From: the human T2T-CHM13v2.0 reference genome, Homo sapiens
Strand: one strand, 5' to 3'
Length of the DNA: 64,000 nucleotides
Assembly: GCF_009914755.1 (NCBI RefSeq)
Contig: NC_060931.1
This document shows, in pieces, positions 17,108 to 32,136 of the stretch. Numbering within the stretch: position 1 is the first letter of the stretch; every line of letters begins with the position of its first letter. Position numbers and translations under genes: made by a program. The notes under the pieces are model-generated. The model was not told the origin of the DNA. It saw nothing but the letters and a program-made list of their open reading frames with translations, and ran no database searches.

Positions 17108-18047
17108 TGACAGGGAAGATGAGAGACAAATTGAGTGTCAGGGAAGGGGTGTTGATAGAAAAATTACAGGAGAGCACACAACTTTCAGCGGGTGAGCCCA
17201 GTGCCTGAGCTGCGGGACCACCCTACCAATGACCTTGAACTTATCTGACTGCAGCCTTGAACTCCTGAGCTCAAGGAGTCCTTCTGCCTCAGCCTCCTCC
17301 CAAGTAGCTGGGACTACTGGCACATGCCACCATGCCCAGCTAATTATTTTATTTATTTTATTTTATTTTATTTTATTTTATTTTATTTTGAGATGGAGTT
17401 TTGTCCTTGTTGCCCAGGCTGGAGTGCAATGGTGCAATCTCAGCTCGCCGCAACTTCTGCCTCCCAGGTTCAAGCGAATTCTCCTGCCTCAGCCTCCTGA
17501 GTAGCTGGGATTACAGGCATGTGCCACCACGCCTGGCTAATTTTGTATTTTTAGTAGAGACGGGGTTTCACCATGTTGGCCACGCTGGTCTCGAACCCCT
17601 GACCTCAGGTGATCCACCTGCCTCGGCCTCCCAAAGTACTGAGATTACAGGCATGAGCCACCGCACCTGGCCCCACTTGTGGAACTAGCATCTATCTGGA
17701 GAGGAGGCAAACATCGCCCACCACCTCCCGCTCTCTCCTGTCACCACTGTCCCCACCATCATTCCAGAGGTCACCCTGGCTTCCAACACCACAGCCTGGC
17801 TTGGGCAGTTTTCAAGCCTCGTATAAATGACATCCTCCAGAACATGTGCTCTGTGCCTGCCTTCCTTCCGTCAGTGATGTATCTGGAAGATTCCACTGTG
17901 TCGCCCTGTGGGACAGGTCCTTGTCATTGCTGAGTAGATCCTGTTGCAAATGCCTATCTCTCTTCATGGAAAGATCCAAGATACACAGATGGAAATCATC
18001 ATAGGAAGGGCTGGCAAGGCCGTTCACACCCAGGGCTGGGGACCTCA

Positions 18048-18564
<517 letters not shown>

Positions 18565-18673
18565 CTACTGGGGAGGCCAAGGCAGGAGGACTGCTTGAGC
18601 CCAGGAGTTGGAGGCTGCAGTGAGTTATGACCAGGCAACTGCACTCCAGCCTGGGTGACAGATAGAGACCCTG

Positions 18674-18704
<31 letters not shown>

Positions 18705-18826
18705 GGGCCAGGCACAGTGGCTCATGCCTGTAATCCCAACACTTTGGGAGGCTGAGGCGGGTGGATCTCCTGAGCTCAGGAGTTCAAGACCAGCCTGGCC
18801 AACAGGGTGATACCCCTTCTCTACTA

Positions 18827-18985
<159 letters not shown>

Positions 18986-19510
18986 TCAAACAAATAAATT
19001 AACGCCCAGCATGTCTTGGCTTTCATCTGCCAGACCTCAACCCTCACCCCCAGGAGATCAGGTCCGGACCACGAGCTGACCCTGGACTCAGGCAAGGGTG
19101 AGTTGGTGCAGCCCTGGCCTGCTGGGAGGCACAGGCTGCAGCAGGCTGCCTGGGGCTGAGGCCCACCACTCATGAACTCATGACCTTGAATGAGCTCCAA
19201 AAGCTCTGGGCCTCCCAGGCTCTAGGGGGAGTGGGAGAGAGAGGCCTCAGCCTGTCCCTGGGCATGCTGCCCCCTCCTCACCTCTTTGTCCCAAATCCCC
19301 TTCCTGGCAAAGCTGACAGTCTTAATATCACTCTGGAGAAAACTGAGTCAGCCCTAAGGAACAATTCAATGAACCATTTGCTTACTTGAGGATTGGAACT
19401 CAAGTCTCACTCAAAGTCTGTGCCATTTTCGTCCCAGCTGTCACTGGCCCTCATCCACACACACCCAAGGATGAGCATCTAACGCTTGCATGCACACTCC
19501 CATGCCCGCG

Positions 19511-19585
19511 TTCATTCACTCATTCATTCATTCATTCACTCATTCATTGACTCATTCATTCATTCACTCACTCATTCATTCACTC
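19511..19585. promoter_or_regulatory. (TTCA)n array; tandem HBP1-type elements about -1250 to -1330 from the NCF1 TSS
   Basis: Repeated TTCATTCATTCA; position matches the HBP1 repressor array reported for the p47phox promoter (recalled). Confidence 0.6.
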
Positions 19586-19855
19586 AGTGAATGTTGCAGT
19601 CACGATCCAAATATTTATGGCCTCTGTGTGCCAGGCACTAGCTGGAGGGGCTGGGGCTAGAGCCCCTGATAACCCGGTCATGCCCTAGCTTTCCTGGGAC
19701 ACACATTGTGGTAAGGGGAGACTAAAAAAATTAAGTCAGGCCAGGCACGGTGGCTCATGCCTGAATCCCAGCACTTTGGGAGGCCGAGGCGAGTGAATTA
19801 CCTGAGGTCAGGAGTTCAAGACCAGCCTGGCCAACATGGAGAAACCCAGTCTCTA

Positions 19856-20252
<397 letters not shown>

Positions 20253-20478
20253 TTAAGCCTGGATAACAAAGCAAGACCCTGTCTCAAATAACAATAGCAA
20301 TAATAATAAAGAAAAATTAAATGCAATTTGCGATGCATCAGTGATAAGTGCTCTGCAGAAAAAGGAGGCAGGAAGAGGCTGAGAAAGGTATGAGGTTTGC
20401 TATGCAATGTGAAGTTATCAAGGAAGGCTTCTCGGAAGAGGTGACATTTGAGCAGAGAAATGGAGGAGAGTTATGGAG

Positions 20479-20550
20479 GGAAGATGGTGAATGGGGGGAA
20501 CATGGTCAAGACCAGGAATATGGTCAAGGGGGGAAAGATGGTCAAGGGGA
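20479..20550. repeat. Degenerate 18-bp x4 minisatellite
   Basis: Units ggaagatggtgaatgggg / ggaacatggtcaagacca / ggaatatggtcaaggggg / gaaagatggtcaagggga. Confidence 0.8.
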
Positions 20551-20787
20551 CGCAGCAAATGCAAAGGCCCTGAGGCAGGAGCAGCTTGATTCACCCCCAA
20601 AACCCGTGGGGCCCGTGCAGGCGACGGGAAGGACAAGTGTAAACCCTTTTCCTTGTCCCTGCAGGTGTGTGTGAACATGAGTCTGCCCATGTTTACACCC
20701 TGCAAGCCTGAAGAGTCCCCAGAAACTGAAAGAAGAAGCAAAGCCCTTTCTGTACCCTCCCTGCCCCCTGTCCCGACCGCGACAAAA

Positions 20788-20802
20788 GCGACTTCCTCTT
20801 TC
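20788..20802 (-). promoter_or_regulatory. PU.1 (SPI1) ETS site of the p47phox proximal promoter
   Basis: AAAGAGGAAGT on - strand (ttcctc at 20793-20798), about 60-65 nt upstream of the ATG; matches the known essential myeloid PU.1 site; TATA-like catttaa at 20808. Confidence 0.8.
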
Positions 20803-20858
20803 CAGTGCATTTAAGGCGCAGCCTGGAAGTGCCAGGGAGCACTGGAGGCCACCCAGTC

Positions 20859-20930
20859 ATGGGGGACACCTTCATCCGTCACATCGCCCTGCTGGGCTTT
20901 GAGAAGCGCTTCGTACCCAGCCAGCACTAT
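20859..20930 (+). pseudogene. NCF1B: NCF1-copy exon 1 coding part ([24 protein letters not shown])
   Basis: Strong Kozak gtcATGg; donor TAT|gtgagt; 72 nt. Confidence 0.95.
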
Positions 20931-21536
20931 GTGAGTAGCTGGTGGAGGGCATCCCGTGGGGGGAATACGGGAGGGACAGCACGGCCACCCTTGCAGTCCC
21001 AGGGCCAACCAGCTCCAGTGAGGACTAACGGGGCAGGGTCTTGGGCACCTGGTCCCTGGTCTTTGAGCCTGGATCTACCCCTCTGATCCCTGGGAAGACA
21101 GTTCCCTTGGACCCGCCCTGGGCCCCAGCCCTTTACTGTCCCCGCCTGTGTCCCCAGCCAGGCCCTCAGCCTTAGCCAGGAGTCCTCTTTCTGCTCCCCT
21201 GCCATGGCCAGGCAGCCCAGCGCTCTCTCAGGTCCGAGGCCCACTCCTCCAGGAAGCCTTCCCTGACTAGCCCAGCTATCAGAGAGTGGCCCTCCCAAGA
21301 GGGAGGCCTGGAAACTAAAGCTCTCTCTCTCCCCAGCTGCCTGTAGTGTCAGTTAGAGTCTTATCCTCTCCAGTAGGGTGACACCATGACAGGGGCCAAT
21401 AGAGTCCTCCCATCTGTCCCCAAGGAGGCTGGACAAATGCCTGCTCAGACACACAAGTCCACTGGGTCCCCTAATCCCATAGGAAGGCCAGGGAGGAACT
21501 ACATTTAGGAAATTGAAGCTTGTATGGAACATTTAG

Positions 21537-21878
<342 letters not shown>

Positions 21879-22149
21879 TGAGGTCTGGAGTGCAGTGGTG
21901 CGATCATAGTTCACTGCAGCCTCAACCTCCCAGGCCCAAGTGATCCTCCTGCCTCAGCCCCTTGAGTAGCTGGGGCTACAGGCGCACACCACCATGCCTG
22001 GCTAGTTTTTAAAATTTTTGTGGAGATGAGGTTTCACTATGTTGTCCAGGCTAATCTTGAACTCCTCGGCTTAAGCAACCCTCTGGTCTCAGCCTCCCAC
22101 AGTGCTAGGATTACAAGCGTGAGCTACCGTGCCTAGTCACTTTTCTCCT

Positions 22150-23621
<1,472 letters not shown>

Positions 23622-24089
23622 TAAAGCCTTGACCTCCAAGTCTCAAGCAATTCTCCTGCCTCACCTGGGGCCACAGGTGTGCGGCACCACACCCGGACAA
23701 TTTTTGTGTTTTTAGTAGATATGGGGGTCTCGCTATGTTGCCCAGGCTGGTCTCAAACTCTTGGACTCAAGCGATCTTCCCACCTCGGTACTAAAAAGTG
23801 CTGGGATTCCAGGTGTGAGCCACCGTGCCCAGCCTAGGTCCTACTTTTATCTCCAATTTACAGATGAGTCCATTTGAGAGAAGCTGACCCTCTTGCCCTG
23901 GGTCTCAAGGCTGGGGCGTGGCAGCACTTGGGTCCACGTTTGTGCCCTTTCTGCAATCCAGGACAACTGCAAAGATGGTCCTCACCCCAATCCTCTGGGC
24001 TTCCTCCAGTGGGTAGTGGGATCCTGGGTGCACACAGCAAAGCCTCTTTGGAGGCTGAATGGGGTCCCCCGACTCTGGCTTTCCCCCAG

Positions 24090-24168
24090 GTACATGTTCC
24101 TGGTGAAATGGCAGGACCTGTCGGAGAAGGTGGTCTACCGGCGCTTCACCGAGATCTACGAGTTCCAT
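24090..24168 (+). pseudogene. NCF1B: NCF1-copy exon 2, 79 nt (GT deletion)
   Basis: cccccag|GTACATGTTC...TTCCAT|gtgagt. Confidence 0.95.
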
Positions 24169-24323
24169 GTGAGTGTGGGGACGGAGGAGGGACAGGGACC
24201 CACCGTTCCAGCTCCACCCTTTGGGAAGGACCTTAGCCCAGGTGATGGGGAAACTGCAGAACCCAGAATCCCCTCCCAGACCACAGTTAAAGGGGATTTA
24301 TTTATTTATATAAATTTTTGTGA

Positions 24324-24363
24324 CAGGGTCTTGCTCTGTCACCCAGGGTCTTGCTCTGTCACC
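24324..24363 (+). repeat. Perfect 20-bp tandem duplication in intron 2 (NCF1 pseudogene marker)
   Basis: CAGGGTCTTGCTCTGTCACC x2. Confidence 0.92.
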
Positions 24364-24432
24364 ACTCTGAACACCTCATGTTCTCTGATTACAGGCATGA
24401 GCCCCCACGGTCGGCCTTTTAGGTGGTTTTGA

Positions 24433-24714
<282 letters not shown>

Positions 24715-24825
24715 TAGTCTTACTGAAAACAATAAAACACAGAAACACCAGATTCTCATTTTAAAGTAAAACAGACAGGATCTCCCAGAACCTTCCTAGA
24801 ATGGAACCATTCTTGTCGCTTTTGA

Positions 24826-25089
<264 letters not shown>

Positions 25090-25540
25090 TGAGATCACAG
25101 GTGTGCACCACCACACCTGGCTCCTTTTCCTGATTTGTTTTTTGTAGAGATGGGATTTCGCTATGTTGCCCAGGCTGGTCTCTAACTCCTGGACTCAAGT
25201 GATCCTCCCGCCTCAGCTTCCCAAATTGCTAGGATTACAGGTTTGAGCCCCTGCACCTGGTCAACCTGAGTTTTAAGAGGATCCCTTTGGCGACTGGATT
25301 GAGGACAGACAAGAGTGGACGGGGGACACAAGGAGGCCATTTTCGTTATCCAGGCCTGGTAGTGGCTAGGGCCAGGAGGGTGGGGTTGGTGGGAAGCAGT
25401 CAGATCCCAAAGAGATTTGGGGATTGGAAGCAAAAGGATTTGCTGGTGACTTGCACATGGGAGGGAGAGAGGTCAGTGCCTCTGTTAATCAAGGAATCCA
25501 GATTGCCACCGAAATTTCTAGGCCCGAGATATTTAGGTAG

Positions 25541-25639
<99 letters not shown>

Positions 25640-25642
25640 TGA

Positions 25643-25828
<186 letters not shown>

Positions 25829-25922
25829 TGAGAGGTATTTAGGTCACTTCCAATCTCGTGCTTTTCCAAGTGTTGTAAACTACAAATATTCCTTCACGTC
25901 TTCTTGTCTTTTTAATGTTTAG

Positions 25923-25998
25923 AAAACCTTAAAAGAAATGTTCCCTATTGAGGCAGGGGCGATCAATCCAGAGAACAGGATCATCCCCCACCTCCCAG
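25923..25998 (+). pseudogene. NCF1B: NCF1-copy exon 3 (76 nt)
   Basis: tttag|AAAACC...CCCAG|gtgagc; [25 protein letters not shown]. Confidence 0.95.
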
Positions 25999-26097
25999 GT
26001 GAGCACGGGGCTGAGCCGCCTGTCAGGGGGTCATTGGCGGGGGCTCACCTGCCCTCCCAGCACCTCTCGGGCTTGACCTCATGTTCTCTGGTGCCAG

Positions 26098-26263
26098 CTC
26101 CCAAGTGGTTTGACGGGCAGCGGGCCGCCGAGAACCACCAGGGCACACTTACCGAGTACTGCGGCACGCTCATGAGCCTGCCCACCAAGATCTCCCGCTG
26201 TCCCCACCTCCTCGACTTCTTCAAGGTGCGCCCTGATGACCTCAAGCTCCCCACGGACAACCA
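26098..26263 (+). pseudogene. NCF1B: NCF1-copy exon 4 (166 nt; His90, Gly99)
   Basis: gccag|CTCCC...AACCA|gtgagt; [28 protein letters not shown]... Confidence 0.95.
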
Positions 26264-27131
26264 GTGAGTGAACTTTTCACCCTGCCAGGTGGGAGAGGGA
26301 AGGAGGGGTGGGACTTTCTGTGTTTTGCAGATGAGGAAACCAAGGCTCAGAGAGGGAAAGCCACCTTCCCAGAGCCACACAGCCAGAAAGAGGAGGCAAA
26401 TTCCACCTCCGGCCCCTGTGACCCCGCCAAGCCTCCACCTTAATCTTTCACACCTCAGGGCACTGGGGGAAGCACTCGGGGCTGGAGGTTCAAAGTCCTG
26501 GGTCCTCATCCTGACATTATGGCCACCTGGCTATGGGACCTGGAGCCAGTCACCACTGCTCTCTGAATGCAGGTTCTCCATTTCTATAATGGGCAGTGAG
26601 GATCAGATGAAGCATTGGGTGTCTTGCGGAGCCCCCCAGAAGGATGTGGGGTTGATGCCTCTGCTAAGTGCTGAGCATGTCTGGGGTCTCCTGTACCCAG
26701 GACCCTGTGTGGAAGGCACCTGAGAGGCTGAGGGAGCTCCAGGCAGGCTGGGGAAGTCCCCTTCTCCACTCCTCTCTGGTCACTGAAGCTCGAAGTGGGG
26801 AGCATGAGGACAGGACGTTACCCCTTGTCAAGGCACCCAGGCTGCCAAGACAGAGACAAGCAGCATTGCTCCGGCCAGCACTTATTGACGCTTGAAGTCC
26901 CCTGGCCCAAGGAAGGGCAGTTATCATCAGCCCGGGAGGCGGGGGAAGGATGGACTCTGCAGTGGGGTCCGCTCCTCATTGCCTGCTCTCTCAGGGCTCC
27001 AGAAGGAGGAAGAGGCCGGGCACAGTGGCTCACACCTATAATCCCAGCACTTTGGAAGGTCGAGGTGGGCAGATCACCTGAAGTTGGGAGTTTGAGACCA
27101 GCCTGGCCAACATGGTGAAACCCCATCTCTA

Positions 27132-27358
<227 letters not shown>

Positions 27359-27617
27359 TTAGGGCATCCTTTGGGTCTGCAGAAGGCTATGCAGTGTCCT
27401 CCTCATGTCCCTCCCTTGGGCTGCCCGAGCAGATCCGCCCGCCCCCATCACTTCCTGAAGCCCTTCCTCAGCCAGTCCAGTTGCTGTCTTCTCTCCGCAG
27501 TGCCCCTTCCCTTTCCCGGGTCCCTCTTCTCTTGGGAAGTTCTTCTGCAGGTCTACCCAGTGCCTCTTCTTCCTCCATGGGAAGCCAAGGGTCTCACCCA
27601 GACTGTTCTCTCCTCAG

Positions 27618-27673
27618 GACAAAAAAGCCAGAGACATACTTGATGCCCAAAGATGGCAAGAGTACCGCGACAG
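27618..27673 (+). pseudogene. NCF1B: NCF1-copy exon 5 (56 nt)
   Basis: ctcag|GACAAAA...GACAG|gtgaga; TKKPETYLMPKDGKSTAT. Confidence 0.95.
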
Positions 27674-27865
27674 GTGAGAGGACGGGGGGCAGCCGGCGGG
27701 GGGGGACACCCTGAGGAGACCCAGAGTGTTCAGGGAATGGAGCAGGGGCTGGGAGCAGGCTGGGAGGGCTCACAGCTACCCTGCTGAAGAATTGGGTCTT
27801 TGGGCCGGGTGCGGTTGCTCATGCCTGTAATCCCAGCAGTTTGGGAGGCCGAGGCAGGTGGATCA

Positions 27866-28538
<673 letters not shown>

Positions 28539-28669
28539 TAATTTTCTGATAGAGATGGGGTCTCACTACATTGCCCAGGCTGGTCTTAAGCTCTTGGCCT
28601 CAAGCAACCCTCCTGCCTCAGCCTCCCAAAGTGCTGAGATTATAGACATGAGCCACTGTGCCCGGCTTT

Positions 28670-28856
28670 TTCTTCTTCTTATAAGGACATGAGGCCTGTT
28701 GGGTTAGGGCCCACTCTACTGACCTCATTTTAACTTAATTACCTCTTGAAACGTACTTAAGAGTACCTTTCTCTTAATATACCCACGCTGTAAGGTACTG
28801 GGTGGTTAGGACTTCAACATATGAATTTTGAGAAGGCAGATGTCAGCCAATACCAA
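28670..28856 (-). mobile_element. MLT1 (MaLR) LTR fragment
   Basis: ttagggcccactctactgacctcattttaacttaattacctc...ggttaggacttcaacatatgaatttt. Confidence 0.75.
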
Positions 28857-28875
28857 ACAGCATCAGCACCTCCAC

Positions 28876-28990
28876 GGTTGGATGAAGGGCTGGTCAGAAA
28901 TGCACACTCAGGTCCCACAGTGGACCTACTGAACAGGATAGGCATTTTAGCAAAATCCCAGGTATTCGGGTGCACCTTAAAGTTAGGAAA
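28876..28990. mobile_element. MER5-type hAT MITE fragment
   Basis: agaaatgcacactcaggtcccac...gacctactgaa...gcattttagcaaaatcccaggtattc...tgcaccttaaagtt. Confidence 0.6.
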
Positions 28991-28996
28991 AGGTCA

Positions 28997-29335
<339 letters not shown>

Positions 29336-29774
29336 TTAAGAGGCTGAGGTGGGAGAATCCTTTGAGCCCAGGAGTTCGAGACCAGCCTGGGCATTGTCCC
29401 AAGACCTTGTCTTTACAAAAAATTAGCCGGGTGTGGTGGCATACGTCTGTGGTCCCAGCTATTCGGGAGGCTGAGGCAGGGAGATTGCTTGAGCCTAGGA
29501 GTCTAGGGCTGTAGTGAGCTGTGATCACGTCACTGTACTCTAGCCTGGGCAACAGAGCAAGACTCTGTCTCCAAAAAAGAAAATAAAGTTGGGAAAGGCT
29601 CACTAACTTCATCAGATGAGAACAAAGACATGTTTGAAGTGTGAGGCCGAAGCCTGGAGAACGCTATGCGCCCAGGAAATGCAGGGCAGCAGAGACTCAA
29701 GATGCCAGCGCCTGTTCTGGAGGCCCAGATGGGCCCTGCAATGCCCACTCACCCTGCCCTCCCTCTTGCCCCAG

Positions 29775-29897
29775 ACATCACCGGCCCCATCATCCTGCAG
29801 ACGTACCGCGCCATTGCCAACTACGAGAAGACCTCGGGCTCCGAGATGGCTCTGTCCACGGGGGACGTGGTGGAGGTCGTGGAGAAGAGCGAGAGCG
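29775..29897 (+). pseudogene. NCF1B: NCF1-copy exon 6 (123 nt; SH3A N-part)
   Basis: cccag|ACATC...GAGCG|gtcaga; [41 protein letters not shown]. Confidence 0.95.
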
Positions 29898-30360
29898 GTC
29901 AGACCTCCCACCTTACGGGGCTCCTTCCCCTGGTGCTCAGGAACCCACAGCCACAAGCCCCCTGCCAAGGCTCAGGCAGCCTGGCCCCTGGGAGGACTCC
30001 GGCTCTGTTAGGGGCCCTAAATGTCCTCCCCACACTGTGGGTCGCCTTCTCTCTTAGTGTGCACCCTGTGGTGGCTGTGGGCATCTGTGCATGGCAGGCC
30101 GGGGCGGGGCATGTCTGCGTGTTCTGTCTGGATGGGTATGGGACCGTCTGTTCATTATGAAGTGGGCTCAGAGCTGTGATTCTGTGAGCATGTGTGCATG
30201 CATGCATGTGACCTCATTGTCCAGTGTGGTGAAGGTGACATTTCCAAATCTGAGCATTGGACATCAGTGTGTCTGTGTCCCTGTGTCCTCACCATCCCTG
30301 ATGGCTGCAGGGAGCCGCTGGGCCCTGCCCCTCAGTCACATTCCCGCACCTCTGGCACAG

Positions 30361-30468
30361 GTTGGTGGTTCTGTCAGATGAAAGCAAAGCGAGGCTGGAT
30401 CCCAGCATCCTTCCTCGAGCCCCTGGACAGTCCTGACGAGACGGAAGACCCTGAGCCCAACTATGCAG
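30361..30468 (+). pseudogene. NCF1B: NCF1-copy exon 7 (108 nt; SH3A GWW, Trp193 intact)
   Basis: cacag|GTTGG...TGCAG|gtgccc; [36 protein letters not shown]. Confidence 0.95.
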
Positions 30469-30923
30469 GTGCCCCCTGCCCTCCGAGGCTGTAGGGGTGT
30501 GGGAGAAAGGGGCAGGCAGGGCTCAGGGATATTGAGTGACTGCTTTGGAGTCTGGGCTGGTTGCTGGCTTGGCAGAAAAGTCAGGGCTAAGATCTCATCG
30601 TCTCTGGCTTGGGGGCCCTGGCAGGTTGTGATGCCCTTGGTCTGGACAGGGAACCAGGAGGAGGAGCAGACGACTCGGGAGAGTGGGAGGCCAGTGGTGT
30701 CTGTGGATATGTGGCCAGGTTCAGTGGGAAGCTGAAGGATGAGCAGACCTTAGGCTCAGGAAGGAGGGCTGCCTGGAAGTGGGGGCATCATCACTGACCA
30801 GAAAGGGAAAACTGGCAGTGCCAGGGCTGGATGGGGCCTGCATTGAGCTTGAAAAAAACTATAATAGAATTGGTTACCATTTTATTTTATTATTTATTTA
30901 TTTATTTTACTTTTTTGAGATAG

Positions 30924-31082
<159 letters not shown>

Positions 31083-32018
31083 TGAGACGGGGTTTCACCA
31101 GGTTGGCCAGACTGGTCTCGAACTTCTGACCTCAGGTGATCTGCCTGCCTTGGCCTCCCAAAGTGCTGGAATTACAGATGTGAGCCACTGTCCCTGGCCT
31201 GGTTACCCACATTTTAAAATGGAGTGATTTCACCCTTTTATGTGGATTTACAGCTTTTTTTTTTTTTTTTTGAGACAAAGTCTGGCTCTGTCACCCAGGC
31301 TGGAGTGCAGTAATGCAATCTCAGCTCACTGCAACCTTAGCCTCCTGGGTTCAAGCAATTCTCCTGCCTCAGCCACCTGAGTAGCTGGGATTACAGGCAT
31401 GCACCACCACGCCAGGCTAATTTTTTGTATTTTTAGTAGAGATGGGGTTTCGCCATGTTGGCCAGGCTGGTCTCGAACTCCTGACCTCAGGTGATCCGCC
31501 CGCCTTGGCCTCCCAAAGTGCTAGGATTACAGGTGGGAACCACCTCGCCCAGCCTGTGGCTATCGTTTAAACACTGGGAAGGCCTGCAGCCCCCAGGCCG
31601 ACAGTTAGCTGCAGCTGAGCAGTTCCCAGTGCCAGGTAGACGGATGCTCCACCCACCTACTCATGGCTGATCTCTTGTCATAGTGAAGTGTCTGGACAGA
31701 CCTTCATCGTTATGGGATCTCTGGTCCCCAGAGTGGGTGGCAATGAATGGGAGTGGACAAGCTCACCTGGGTGTAGGGGGCAGAGGGCCGAAGTCCAGAG
31801 TGTACCCCCAGAGTGGGTGCCAGCAGGAGCTTGCCGAGGGATCTGGGATGGAGCAGGAGGGTGGAGGGAGGAGACCCAGAAGAGGGGGAACTGTGGGCCC
31901 TGGGTGGGTCTGGAGTGCCTGGAGGAAGCCCAGGCGCAGAGAGGAGAAGATGGGATGGGTGGCGAGCCCCAGGCTGGGCCGACCTCACACTGTGCTCTGT
32001 GCCCCTGCCGTGGACCAG

Positions 32019-32136
32019 GTGAGCCATACGTCGCCATCAAGGCCTACACTGCTGTGGAGGGGGACGAGGTGTCCCTGCTCGAGGGTGAAGCTGTTGAGGT
32101 AATTCACAAGCTCCTGGACGGCTGGTGGGTCATCAG
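32019..32136 (+). pseudogene. NCF1B: NCF1-copy exon 8 (118 nt; SH3B)
   Basis: accag|GTGAG...ATCAG|gtagga; [40 protein letters not shown]. Confidence 0.95.
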
